A DNA stretch of 33,672 bases, from the UHGV virus genome UHGV-2170543; one strand, written 5' to 3'. The stretch is from a virus. Made by a program: the position numbers and the translations under genes. The notes beneath the pieces are model-generated. The model had not been told where the DNA came from, made no database searches, and worked only from the letters and a program-made list of their open reading frames with translations. Of this stretch, positions 1 through 8,550 are shown one piece after another. The first letter of the stretch is position 1. Each line of letters opens with the position of its first letter.

Positions 1-403
1 TCTGCGAAGCTGGCGATCGGTCAGACTTAAATGCCTGGCAACTTCAGTCTGCGTAGCCACTCCTCACCTCGCAAAAACTCTCACTTCACAATCACAACAA
101 AACCGGTCATGTCCGGCTTACATGTCTATTTTTTGTGCATGTCCGGTTCACAGAAGACCTCTTTTTTTATTTTTCATATAGTTAACTTGAAGAGAAACCG
201 GACATGGTTCCCGGAAAATTTTCATAAATAGCGAAAACCCGCGAGGTCGCCGCCCCGTAACCTGTTGGATCGACGGAAAGGACCCGAAAACGAGAATGAT
301 TATCACTTACAGCAAGAATCGAATCTGATCTATTATGGTGCTTGCTATTATGTGCCGGCACAAGTGCGTCGTTTACCGTCATTTCACACAGAGGCATCAT
401 CAA

Positions 404-655
404 ATGAAAATCAGAAATATTCTCGCTATCTCCCTTGCAACATCATCCTTCAGTTGCCTGGCATTTAAATCCTCGCCCAATGTGCTACCAGGACCAACGA
501 ATCAACTAACTGCGGTAGAAAGTAAAATTATCGGACATTTTTATGCCCCACACAGTGCATTACCCGGAACAACCATCACAGGGACATGTGACGCCTCCCC
601 CGTCCCGGGATGCACCTGTCCGTTTTGTACTATGCTGCGTAGCCAAAACCGATAA
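404..655 (+). CDS. hypothetical secreted Cys-rich protein
   Basis: ATG at 404 within ORF 335-655; N-terminal hydrophobic signal-like segment MKIRNILAISLATSSFSCLA; Cys-rich C-terminus; no family recognised. Confidence 0.25.
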   Translation: MKIRNILAISLATSSFSCLAFKSSPNVLPGPTNQLTAVESKIIGHFYAPHSALPGTTITGTCDASPVPGCTCPFCTMLRSQNR

Positions 656-716
656 CATCCGCATTTACCTGGTATTACATGATGAGTTCACGCAGCGACT
701 GATAGAGGAAGGAAAG

Positions 717-896
717 ATGGTTAGTAAAAGCAAGGCGCATTGCCGCCGCATGCTGCAGGCATTGCAACAGACGAGAGCAGGTATTTTTGACCAGTTGGAA
801 AACTGCCAGCATACTTTGCCCGAGTATATCGCCATCTCATCGGAAACCAGTGCAACTCTTATTCATCGGGTTCCACCAGAGAAAAAGAAGAAATGA
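717..896 (+). CDS. hypothetical small protein
   Basis: ATG at 717 preceded by GGAAGGAAAG; 59-aa ORF; no family recognised. Confidence 0.2.
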   Translation: MVSKSKAHCRRMLQALQQTRAGIFDQLENCQHTLPEYIAISSETSATLIHRVPPEKKKK

Positions 897-1018
897 ACAG
901 TGAGGCGTTGTGTGGCATACAACGCCTTCTTCCATCATTCCTCGTCAGCCATGACAAAAATATAACCGCTGGCTCTTTCATTTTTCTCCTGCGTCCAGCC
1001 CCTCTCTACCTGGAAGCA

Positions 1019-1345
1019 TCAGGGACGTGACGGCGTAAAGATAAATTGTCTCTTCACTCCCTGACAGGGGCGATTCTTTTCAAATCGCCATTTCGCCATG
1101 GCCTTCACCACTTCATCACGAAACAAATTATGAGGCTCTGAGCGGAGAAAAACGATCCGTGTCACAGTCCCATCAGCACCAATATCGAACTTAACCTCAA
1201 CCAGCCCCTTGATATAATTTGCTGCAGCATATTCCGGATATCGTGGATACACCGTCACTAATTGCCGGGGCTCATCAGCTTTTTGCTGCGAGCATCCCAC
1301 TGCCAGGACAGATAACAGAAAAAGTAGTAAAAGGCGTCTTTTCAT
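1019..1345 (-). CDS. lipoprotein with TonB C-terminal-like domain
   Basis: Internal start MKRRLLLLFLLSVLAVGCSQ (lipobox LAVGC) with AGGAA RBS; C-terminal YPRYPEYAAANYIKGLVEVKFDIGADGTVTRI...WRF pattern typical of the TonB_C fold; sits downstream of Rz (bor-like position). Confidence 0.55.
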   Translation of the reverse strand: MKRRLLLLFLLSVLAVGCSQQKADEPRQLVTVYPRYPEYAAANYIKGLVEVKFDIGADGTVTRIVFLRSEPHNLFRDEVVKAMAKWRFEKNRPCQGVKRQFIFTPSRP

Positions 1346-1655
1346 TTTTATTCCTACGGGTCTTATTCTGACAATATATCCTGTGTTCCAGACTGCCACA
1401 TCACCACATCCTGTGCCATTATCTGACTCACATTACATACATCGCATCGGGATACAGTAGTAGCACTTTCTGTAATACAGCTTCCTGTTTCTTCCACCAT
1501 CGCACCGGGATAAACCCGCGAATCATTAACGCGGTAAAAACCCGGTGTGCATCGTTTTTAATTATCCCCGCACACTCGCGCAGAGGAGTCTCCCTGTCGG
1601 ACTGCGGTCTCTGTTAATGAGGGAATATAGCGACGATACGGCGCATCAACAAAAC

Positions 1656-2129
1656 TTATTTCAGGCACTGAGTGCGGATATAGTCCTGTGCCCCTTCCAG
1701 TTGCTTGTGCATCGTCATCAGCCGCTCTCTGAGGGTGAAATAATCCCGTGTAACGGTGTCTGCCAGTTGGGGGCCGGTTGCATTATCCACGCCGGAGGTG
1801 GTGGGGGCTTCACGCACGGAGCCTGGACAGGTGGCGTTGATCCGCAGGCGCTTACGACCAGCGGCAACGTCAGCGCGAAGAGTTTCATTTTCAGCTCTCG
1901 CATCGGCTAATTCCCTCGAGTATTTTGCATCGAGCGCAGCAACATCGCGCTGGCGCACCTGCATATCAGTAATGGTTGCGTTCGCCAGCTTCAGTTCACT
2001 GGCTTTGTTATCGCGCTGCGCTTTGTAGGTAATCGCGTTATCACGGTAATGGTCTGTTGCCATCCACAGCGCACCACAGGCCACCAGCAGAATAACGATA
2101 AACGCGGAAAGCATTCGGTTTATGTTCAC
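1656..2129 (-). CDS. Rz: Rz i-spanin (lysis)
   Basis: 157 aa, N-terminal TM then coiled-coil rich in A/R/E, downstream of endolysin; Rz1 embedded in +1 frame. Confidence 0.8.
   Translation of the reverse strand: MNINRMLSAFIVILLVACGALWMATDHYRDNAITYKAQRDNKASELKLANATITDMQVRQRDVAALDAKYSRELADARAENETLRADVAAGRKRLRINATCPGSVREAPTTSGVDNATGPQLADTVTRDYFTLRERLMTMHKQLEGAQDYIRTQCLK
1718..1903 (-). CDS. Rz1: Rz1 o-spanin lipoprotein, embedded in Rz
   Basis: [16 protein letters not shown] lipobox followed by proline-rich [14 protein letters not shown], matching the lambda Rz1 pattern; fully nested in Rz in another frame. Confidence 0.75.
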   Translation of the reverse strand: MRELKMKLFALTLPLVVSACGSTPPVQAPCVKPPPPPAWIMQPAPNWQTPLHGIISPSESG

Positions 2130-2257
2130 CCCAGCAACCCCGACGAAGACAACATCATCCAGGCCATGGAAAGAAAAAGAGCAACCAGCATTAGTGAAAA
2201 TGAAATGCCGACAATTACACAGAGGATCTTCGCCAGCGTTATGAGTTTGTCTGACAT
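2126..2257 (-). CDS. small hydrophobic membrane protein between R and Rz
   Basis: [43 protein letters not shown]; GGGAGG RBS upstream of ATG at 2257. Confidence 0.3.
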   Translation of the reverse strand: MSDKLITLAKILCVIVGISFSLMLVALFLSMAWMMLSSSGLLG

Positions 2258-2271
2258 GCTTAATCCTCCCT

Positions 2272-2418
2272 TCACGATTTCAACGCAATGACCAGTTTTG
2301 CCAGCCCATACAGCATCGGGGACACAGCAACACCGACCGCCACCCACTTAATGGCAAAAGCCAGTGCTCTGCTGATGTCATCAGTTACAGGCGCTTTCAG
2401 TTCAAGGCCATTTTTCAT
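2272..2418 (-). CDS. small hypothetical protein between R and Rz
   Basis: [48 protein letters not shown] with GAGG RBS; one hydrophobic segment. Confidence 0.3.
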   Translation of the reverse strand: MKNGLELKAPVTDDISRALAFAIKWVAVGVAVSPMLYGLAKLVIALKS

Positions 2419-2610
2419 AGTCAACCTCAACAGAATTCGTTTACACTTCGCCATGTTCTCCCTTGCCTTACTCAAGGTCAGAAACACAAAACCTCGCTTG
2501 GTGCCAACAAACGGGGTTTTTACTTTTATTCACTTACGTTTCGCCAGTTCGCAGGATTTCGTGTTATCCGCCCGCGTGGCCATTCCTCATTTTTCAGCAA
2601 AATATTCTGC

Positions 2611-3144
2611 TTATCTGTCGATACCCCAGCACGCCAGCGCGCTCTCCTGGTCACGACGGGATACCTGACCGTAACAGTTGTTTGAACGAATACGGCAGTC
2701 TCTGCCACCGTCCTTAATCCACCAGCGAATCGCTTCGCAGGCACCTTTTCGATCACCAGCATTAATTCGTCTGTAAAACGTCGACGGGAAACACTTACCG
2801 GGACCAATGTTGTACGGACAGAATGACGCGATCCCCGCTTTCTGGGGTTCGGTCAATGGCACTTTGATGTTTTTCTCCACCCATGCCAGCGCCTTATCAC
2901 GCTCAATGGCGTTAACCCGGTCGCATTTTTCCTTCGACAACTTCATGCCCGGAACGACAGGTTTGCCATCCACCAGGATGGCACCGCGGCAGATGGTCCA
3001 GATACCCGCGCCATCACGGTATGCCGTGGTGTGGTTACCTTCCTTTTCATCCAGAAACTGGTCGAGAATGTCAGGCGCAGGCGCACCAGCGGCAATCAGC
3101 GCCAGAACGGCAGCCGACAGGCCGTATTTGATTTTGGTGTTCAT
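2611..3144 (-). CDS. R: SAR-type endolysin (T4-lysozyme-like GH24 with N-terminal signal-anchor)
   Basis: N-terminal hydrophobic MNTKIKYGLSAAVLALIAAGAPA, then EGNHTTAYRDGAGIWTICRG catalytic E-D-T pattern similar to P22 gp19; lies between holin and Rz. Confidence 0.8.
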   Translation of the reverse strand: MNTKIKYGLSAAVLALIAAGAPAPDILDQFLDEKEGNHTTAYRDGAGIWTICRGAILVDGKPVVPGMKLSKEKCDRVNAIERDKALAWVEKNIKVPLTEPQKAGIASFCPYNIGPGKCFPSTFYRRINAGDRKGACEAIRWWIKDGGRDCRIRSNNCYGQVSRRDQESALACWGIDR

Positions 3145-3180
3145 GGATATATTAAATATTCAGCCGCTGTCCCTGGCCCA

Positions 3181-4061
3181 CTAAATACGCACTTTAAGAT
3201 AAGTCAGCCCCGGATGAAGCCAGTAAGCCGGCACTTTTTTAAAGGGTGGAGTATTAAAATCACGAAGAAGAGCCTCCCGCACAATTGCATCCTTATCAGC
3301 ACCACTGGCCAGCGCTTCAATCTCAGCGGCTACCTGAAGATATCCCATGCAACGGCCAACGCGCTTCATCAGCCCCTGCTTTTTATTGTTCTTCAGGTAA
3401 TCAATGGCAAATTCAATGAGCTCCTCACTGTGCTGGTGCGATGGAGGTGTTACTTTCCCATTTTCTGAGATGGTTATTTTCCCAGCATCACCGGATACAA
3501 CAAAGGATGGCCGGTTACACTCCCATTCCAGCTCACTGAAATTATCATTATGAATACTGAAACACTCTGCGAGATTTCTGCTCATCACTTTCCGACAATA
3601 ATCGTCAAACGCAGCAAACTGCTTTTCATCGCCAGAAGGCACCAATATCGACCATTTCTTATTCAGCTCAACGACGTAGCTCTCCAGTTTTTCAATACGT
3701 GATTCAACATCATCTTTTTCTGACCGCAGTGTTGACGGCGGCATCTTCAGAGAACAAGTAATTCTTCCCGGTAGCTTTCCTTTGTAGGTTATCAACACAT
3801 CCTGCGCCTCTAAAATTACGGGGCGCTTTTCCGNNNNNNNNNNNNNNNNNNNNNNNNNNNNTCCATGAAAAACTGCTTCGCCTGCTTTTTCGCCTCAGCT
3901 TCGTAAAACTCCAGCGTGGCACCTTCAGTACGGTCAAGACTAATCGCCACATTTGGCAACAACAGTGACGGATACCCACCAATTTCCAGTACCACAGTAA
4001 CAGTAATCTTATCCGGGTAATTATTTATCCCTTTAACAACCAGTTCGTATTTTTTCTTCAT
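3181..4061 (-). CDS. hypothetical late protein between S and R with a copy-specific about 180-aa C-terminal extension; interrupted by assembly gap
   Basis: N-terminal MKKKYELVVKGINNY... matches copy B gene 33208-33561; after the gap the frame continues ITYKGKLPGRITCSLKMPPSTLRSEKDD... to 3181, whereas copy B stops at ...SLKTPPESQP; frame across the N-run not verifiable. Confidence 0.4.
3834..3861. other. assembly gap (N run, 28 nt) inside S-R intergenic gene
   Basis: Run of n characters; length does not match copy B (about 38-39 nt expected). Confidence 1.
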
Positions 4062-4065
4062 CGCT

Positions 4066-4278
4066 TTACTCTCCCCGCGCCGCCTTACGCCGGTCCTCTC
4101 TGATTTTGAAATACAGGTTAGTCAGGTACGTCAGCAGCCCAAACAGCAGACTCCCCAGCACGCCTATTGCCGCCCACTGAGACGGGGAAACCCTGTCCAG
4201 CAACTGCNNNNNNNNNNNNNNNNNNNNCGCTGACGTGGTGTATGACACACCTGTTGTGATTTTTTCCATCTGGTACAT
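4066..4278 (-). CDS. S: class II holin / pinholin (S21-like)
   Basis: [17 protein letters not shown]...[46 protein letters not shown]; two TM segments; contains N run 4208-4227. Confidence 0.8.
   Translation of the reverse strand: MYQMEKITTGVSYTTSAXXXXXXXQLLDRVSPSQWAAIGVLGSLLFGLLTYLTNLYFKIREDRRKAARGE
4208..4227. other. assembly gap (N run, 20 nt) inside holin gene
   Basis: Run of n characters. Confidence 1.
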
Positions 4279-4354
4279 ACCCCGTCTCCCGTTATCCGGA
4301 AGCTCACAACAATATAAAGACCACCGGCACACACCGATGGTCCCTTGCGCAGGC

Positions 4355-4600
4355 TTACATCATCATGTCGCTGTCAGGTGTGGGTTCACCGCCATCTGAA
4401 GCACTCCCGTCACCCGCGATACCTTCCGGCTCCGGAACCGCTGGTACGCCCAGCAGCTCATCCAGAATGGCATCCACTTCTGCATCAAGACGCGCCTCAA
4501 GGTTCTGGCGGAGTTTCTGTTTCAGTGCGCTCAGGACTTCTTCAGAGCGCAGGACTTCCTTCACTGCCTCAGCAGTGACCAGGGATGTGATTTCTGACAT
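4355..4600 (-). CDS. hypothetical acidic protein
   Basis: MSEITSLVTAEAVKEVLRSEEVLSALKQKLRQNLEARLDAEVDAILDELLG... acidic C-terminal tail; weak RBS; present only in copy A between nanS-p and S. Confidence 0.3.
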   Translation of the reverse strand: MSEITSLVTAEAVKEVLRSEEVLSALKQKLRQNLEARLDAEVDAILDELLGVPAVPEPEGIAGDGSASDGGEPTPDSDMMM

Positions 4601-4637
4601 GGGATTTTCTCGTTGAAAGGTGTTGTCAAGAAAGTGA

Positions 4638-4820
4638 CTACGGAATGAGCGGATCTTCGGGTTTGCTTCCGGCTGACTGACTGGCGCTGATTCTCTCAGC
4701 GGCCCTTTTATCAATCTGCCTGCGCCAGAAATCGCGCACTGCCCTGTACCCACCCGAAAGAAGATACATAACACAGACTGCCGTACAGAAGTACAGCATC
4801 ACCTGATGAATAAATGTCAT
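4638..4820 (-). CDS. small single-TM membrane protein
   Basis: MTFIHQVMLYFCTAVCVMYLLSGGYRAVRDFWRRQ...; only in copy A upstream of holin. Confidence 0.25.
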   Translation of the reverse strand: MTFIHQVMLYFCTAVCVMYLLSGGYRAVRDFWRRQIDKRAAERISASQSAGSKPEDPLIP

Positions 4821-4956
4821 AATTTCTTACCGTTATGGTTGACAATGAGAACTGTTTTCATTTAAAAAACCGATATACGAAAGCATCTTTTCTTTACATT
4901 CTCCATTGGGATTACCTCCGCCAGCTTCCATTCCTGCCGCTGGCGGCCTTTTTTTA

Positions 4957-6918
4957 TCATGCCGCGGCATCCGCGTTGTTCACTTCCACCTTCACACTGT
5001 CAATCAGCAGCGTATATGTCGCCGCCTTTGATATGCCTGTCAGTTGCAGTTTGTCCGCCGCCCCTGATGCCGGAGATTTCACCAGTGTGAACGGCGTCCC
5101 CCGTTTCTCATCCAGTACCGGCGTCACCTGAATGCTGTTGTTTCCGGCAAACTCAAAAGCCAGTGTGTGCCATCCGTTATCAAAGACCCCGAACGTATCC
5201 AGCTTCGCATTCGGCTTCTTGTGGTGCATCGCGTTCAGGTTCGTCGCATCCGTCTGCAGGAAGAAGGACATCAGCATGTCGTTGCCTTCCTCTGCCAGCG
5301 TCACTCCCTCCGGCAGGGACGACAACTGCCAGTAAATGCCCAGGGCAAACTGATTCGGCACCAGTGAACCCGGCAACTTAAACCGTACGCTCACACGTCC
5401 TCCTTTCTTCAGCAACTCTGCCCCCTGCCCGGCTGCATCATGCTCCAGAAACCAGATGTGGTTTTCCGGTTTATTCAGTTGCAGGGCCTTACCTCCCGTA
5501 GCCCCCGCATCACTGACCACCGCTTCAGCAATGTTTTTGTTAACATTGTCTCCGCTCGCCGGTTTGTGATAATAGCGCCAGCCCTGTGATGCCAGGTCTT
5601 CGCCGGACGCCAGCAGACTCATCAGGGTTCGGTTACTGACCGGACCTTCCGGCTCTCTCTCCGTACCTTCACCGGAAGGTCCGGTGGGCTTCACCGTATC
5701 AGGCTGTTTTCCGGTAATGAATTCAGCGGTTCTCCCGGCATGCACAAGAATCGCCGTTGCCAGACGGTCGGAAATAATCCCACGACGTGCCCATGATCCA
5801 AAATGCGTTTTACGGTCAGCCGTCGTCCAGGTTTTGGCGTCCGTTCGACCACCGGCTCCGTAATACCCAATATCCGCAACATCCGGATCTTCTGACGGCT
5901 CGTTGGTACCCACATTTCGCCCGTTTTCATCCGTCATAAACGGCACAAAGAAGATTTTTTTTGCGGATTTCGTCTTATATGCACCATACACCGCATCGTA
6001 TTGCGAAGAATAAGTCTGCTTCCAGTAGTAGGTCGTGTCGCCACAAATCCAGGGAACTGATGACGGAGAGCCCCCGAGACACTGACCTCCGAATTCCGAC
6101 AGGTCAGAACGATATTTTTCCACCATGGAATCAAACAGCCCCGGCTGAGTGGCGTATGCACCCTGTTTCAAATCAAACTCGCCCTGCATCCAGACCACTG
6201 CAAGCAGAATATTTTTAGGGTTGGCCTTCAGTGCGGCCTGAGTACGGGTAAGCAGGTCCTTGTACAGTGGCTTATCTACACCCCAGCGTGCCGAGGTCTC
6301 GCTTGCGCCGGTGGATTCGCTGAAGGTACCTTCATCGCCCGCCAAAAATGCAGAACCACCACGGCAGCACGGAACCAGAAGAATACCGGCATTCGCCGGA
6401 ATAAACGGCAACAATTTCTTCGCGATATGTAATCCCTGCCCCACGCATCCATACTGAGCTGCGCTGGCTTTCGGGTGTGAAAACTTACTCAAATCCTGAA
6501 CATCATGCAGGCAGTGGTCCGCAGGAATAATGTCATTGTAGTTACAGGACGCACCACCCGGCGTGACAGTGCTGCGACGCGCCAGCTGTTTAATACGCGG
6601 GTCCGGACGGTCATATGTCTCCGGCAGCGGAAGCCCTTCACCATACGCCATACCGTTTGACTGCCCGGCCAGGGCAACAACAAAGTAATACTCCGGGTTG
6701 CTGGTAGTGCTGATAACTGCGCCTTCTCCATCCGACGGCTTCACCACCACAGGTGTGGTGACATCACCTTCCGCCGCAATGGCCTGCATCAGGGTATAAG
6801 GCGTGATGGCCACCGGACTGCCAAATGGCTGCCACCCCTCCTTCAGTTTTTGTGTCAGTCGTTTCGCAAGGTCTGACGGCGATGCCGCCCTGACCACGTC
6901 ATAGTGTTTAAATGCCAT
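4957..6918 (-). CDS. nanS-p: NanS-p-like 9-O-acetyl-sialate esterase (DUF1737 N-terminus + SASA/SGNH domain), copy A
   Basis: 653 aa; N-terminal MAFKHYDVVRAASPSDLAKRLTQKLKEGWQPFG; GQSN SGNH-hydrolase motif (VVALAGQSNGMAYGEG); located downstream of phage tRNA cluster as in Stx-type phages. Confidence 0.8.
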   Translation of the reverse strand: MAFKHYDVVRAASPSDLAKRLTQKLKEGWQPFGSPVAITPYTLMQAIAAEGDVTTPVVVKPSDGEGAVISTTSNPEYYFVVALAGQSNGMAYGEGLPLPETYDRPDPRIKQLARRSTVTPGGASCNYNDIIPADHCLHDVQDLSKFSHPKASAAQYGCVGQGLHIAKKLLPFIPANAGILLVPCCRGGSAFLAGDEGTFSESTGASETSARWGVDKPLYKDLLTRTQAALKANPKNILLAVVWMQGEFDLKQGAYATQPGLFDSMVEKYRSDLSEFGGQCLGGSPSSVPWICGDTTYYWKQTYSSQYDAVYGAYKTKSAKKIFFVPFMTDENGRNVGTNEPSEDPDVADIGYYGAGGRTDAKTWTTADRKTHFGSWARRGIISDRLATAILVHAGRTAEFITGKQPDTVKPTGPSGEGTEREPEGPVSNRTLMSLLASGEDLASQGWRYYHKPASGDNVNKNIAEAVVSDAGATGGKALQLNKPENHIWFLEHDAAGQGAELLKKGGRVSVRFKLPGSLVPNQFALGIYWQLSSLPEGVTLAEEGNDMLMSFFLQTDATNLNAMHHKKPNAKLDTFGVFDNGWHTLAFEFAGNNSIQVTPVLDEKRGTPFTLVKSPASGAADKLQLTGISKAATYTLLIDSVKVEVNNADAAA

Positions 6919-7371
6919 GAATCCTCCCGGCCGGGATAATATTGTGAGTAAAATAAGGAGCGGGCTGAAGTCCGGAAGTTACAGGACAATGGCAGAAGAG
7001 AGACGACAGCCCGCAATTCGAAAAAGACCGCGCAGTTGCGCAGCCTTATGAATTCTGGTTAAAATCCATTCGATTATAAAAATGTATATCTCATGCTGTT
7101 GCCCGAACCCACTCGGGCTTTTTTTTGCCCACAAGAAAGCCCCTCCGGAGAGGGGCTAAAGCCGCGTATCTGTATCATCATGCACATGATGCCGGGTGCC
7201 TCCCGGTGAGTTCAGTATCAGCACCTGAACCCGCACAGAAAGGATAAGGGTCGGTGACAAAACACCAGTTGCTGATTGCCCCTCCGCACAGGGGGATTCA
7301 CCATGCCAGTTTCTTTTAACAAACTCCCCGCAAAACAGACAACTGTCAACCGTCTGAATTGTGAGACATTT

Positions 7372-7395
7372 AAAAAAAAGCCCGCAAAAGCGAGC
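7372..7395 (-). terminator. hairpin + U-tract terminator downstream of tRNA cluster (copy A)
   Basis: Minus-sense GCTCGC-TTTT-GCGGGC followed by TTTTTTTT. Confidence 0.45.
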
Positions 7396-7410
7396 CGGGA
7401 AAAATAAGTC

Positions 7411-7487
7411 TGGCGCGTTGTACTGGATTCGAACCAGTGACCGATTGCTTAGAAGGCAATTGCTCTGTCCGGCTGAGCTAATAACGC
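7411..7487 (-). tRNA. tRNA-Arg (anticodon UCU), argN/argO-like phage tRNA
   Basis: Cloverleaf read by hand: acceptor GCGTTAT/ACAACGC (one mismatch), anticodon loop CTTCTAA, T-loop TTCGAAT, 3' CCA. Confidence 0.85.
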
Positions 7488-7500
7488 AGGGTACAGATAA

Positions 7501-7577
7501 TGGACCGCCATCGAGGACTCGAACCCCGCGCAACCAGCTTCGAAGGCTGGCGCTCTATCCTGATGAGCTAATGGCGG
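7501..7577 (-). tRNA. tRNA-Arg (anticodon UCG), phage tRNA
   Basis: Acceptor CCGCCAT/ATGGCGG, D-stem GCTC/GAGC, anticodon loop CTTCGAA, T-loop TTCGAGT with A58, 3' CCA. Confidence 0.85.
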
Positions 7578-7584
7578 TATGTGA

Positions 7585-7660
7585 TGGTGGCCCTTGCTGG
7601 ATTTGAACCAGCGACCTGGCGATTATGAATCGCTCGCTCTCACCACTGAGCTAAAGGGCC
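7585..7660 (-). tRNA. tRNA-Ile2 (anticodon CAU, lysidine type), ileZ-like phage tRNA
   Basis: Near-identical to E. coli ileX-type sequence as recalled; acceptor GGCCCTT/AAGGGCC, anticodon loop TTCATAA, T-loop TTCAAAT, CCA. Confidence 0.9.
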
Positions 7661-7688
7661 GAGCCAAAAAATAATAATCAGATGAAAA

Positions 7689-8402
7689 TCAATAATCAAG
7701 CCCTTGCCTGGATACATATCTGTCTGGCGGGAAGCCATAATAGCGGTGAAATACAGAAATAAAGTAGGACCTGCTTGAATAACCGCATTTTTCTGCTATA
7801 GCCTGTCCATATCCATGCCGGGAACATAACATATTTACAGCAACACGCATCCGCTCTTCCAGCAACAAGCGACTGAACATGCCCCCTTCATTTTTCAGTT
7901 TTGTCTTTAACAAACTCTCACTCATATGCAACTGTAGAGCAATCGCACCAAGCGTCCAGCTTGCTGATATATCTGTCTGAATTATCGCCCTGACTTTGGC
8001 ACTTATGCTGGATAAACATCCACTTAAAAACAATGACATCCGTTCATCTGTTTCAAACAGAGACAGGCAGGCCATCATAAGAAACATATCCGTGGCCTCT
8101 CCGGAAAATCCCTGGCTGGTAATTAAAGCCGCAGCCAACGCAGGATTGTTGGGTTCCAGCAACAGGTAAAGCGGAATGTCAGTCAGACGAGTCCTCGTCA
8201 GCTTATGCTGACTTTCCAGATATTGACTTACGACGGATTCGCTTATATCGACAATTTTAACTTTGCCATAATGCATAAGGAAAAGCTCCCTGATGCATTT
8301 GGTGGCCAGAACAACTGAGCCTGGCTTAAGTGACAACGTATCCTTTTCAAGAAAAATATTAATTGGGGAGCAAACCATGATAACTGAACAGACAACAGCC
8401 AT
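7689..8402 (-). CDS. AraC-family transcriptional regulator (prophage-encoded)
   Basis: C-terminal AraC-type double HTH (ISASWTLGAIALQLHMSESLLKTKLK...RHGYGQAIAEKCGYSSRSYFISVFHRYYGFPP); start codon uncertain (8402 or 8378). Confidence 0.7.
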   Translation of the reverse strand: MAVVCSVIMVCSPINIFLEKDTLSLKPGSVVLATKCIRELFLMHYGKVKIVDISESVVSQYLESQHKLTRTRLTDIPLYLLLEPNNPALAAALITSQGFSGEATDMFLMMACLSLFETDERMSLFLSGCLSSISAKVRAIIQTDISASWTLGAIALQLHMSESLLKTKLKNEGGMFSRLLLEERMRVAVNMLCSRHGYGQAIAEKCGYSSRSYFISVFHRYYGFPPDRYVSRQGLDY

Positions 8403-8524
8403 TATAATTTTACTTTCATTAGCAATTGGTTAGCTCAATTATAGCCCCAAAAGGTAAATTATCATCAACACATAAGCAAAGGACTGACAGGTGTCGCCCC
8501 CCCACCAGCCGCCCATTCACCACA

Positions 8525-8550
8525 AATAAAAAGCCTTCAGGACTGAAGGC
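8525..8550 (-). terminator. hairpin + U-tract terminator overlapping stop of small gene
   Basis: Minus-sense GCCTTCA-GTCC-TGAAGGC followed by TTTTTATTT. Confidence 0.4.

Noticed and set aside
31-231. 66-aa ORF at the left edge
   Set aside because: No RBS, overlaps the repeated CATGTCCGG motifs, and is not protein-like.
3834-3861. N runs considered as possible biological features such as masked repeats
   Set aside because: They are undetermined bases whose lengths do not match paralogous sequence; treated as assembly gaps only.
5132-6731. Several 60-85-aa ORFs on both strands inside the nanS-p gene (for example 5132-5335, 5163-5381, 5691-5930, 6489-6731)
   Set aside because: Nested within a well-supported 653-aa CDS; typical spurious ORFs.
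6919-7410. Looked for Shiga toxin genes (stxA/stxB) between the tRNA cluster and nanS-p in both late modules
   Set aside because: The intervals (6919-7410 and 30012-30986) contain only hairpins and short ORFs; no ORF of stxA or stxB size or character is present.
7156-7606. ORFs 7156-7533 and 7361-7606 (and mirror ORFs 29816-30061, 29889-30170)
   Set aside because: They overlap the tRNA genes and terminator hairpins; reading-frame artefacts of structured non-coding DNA.
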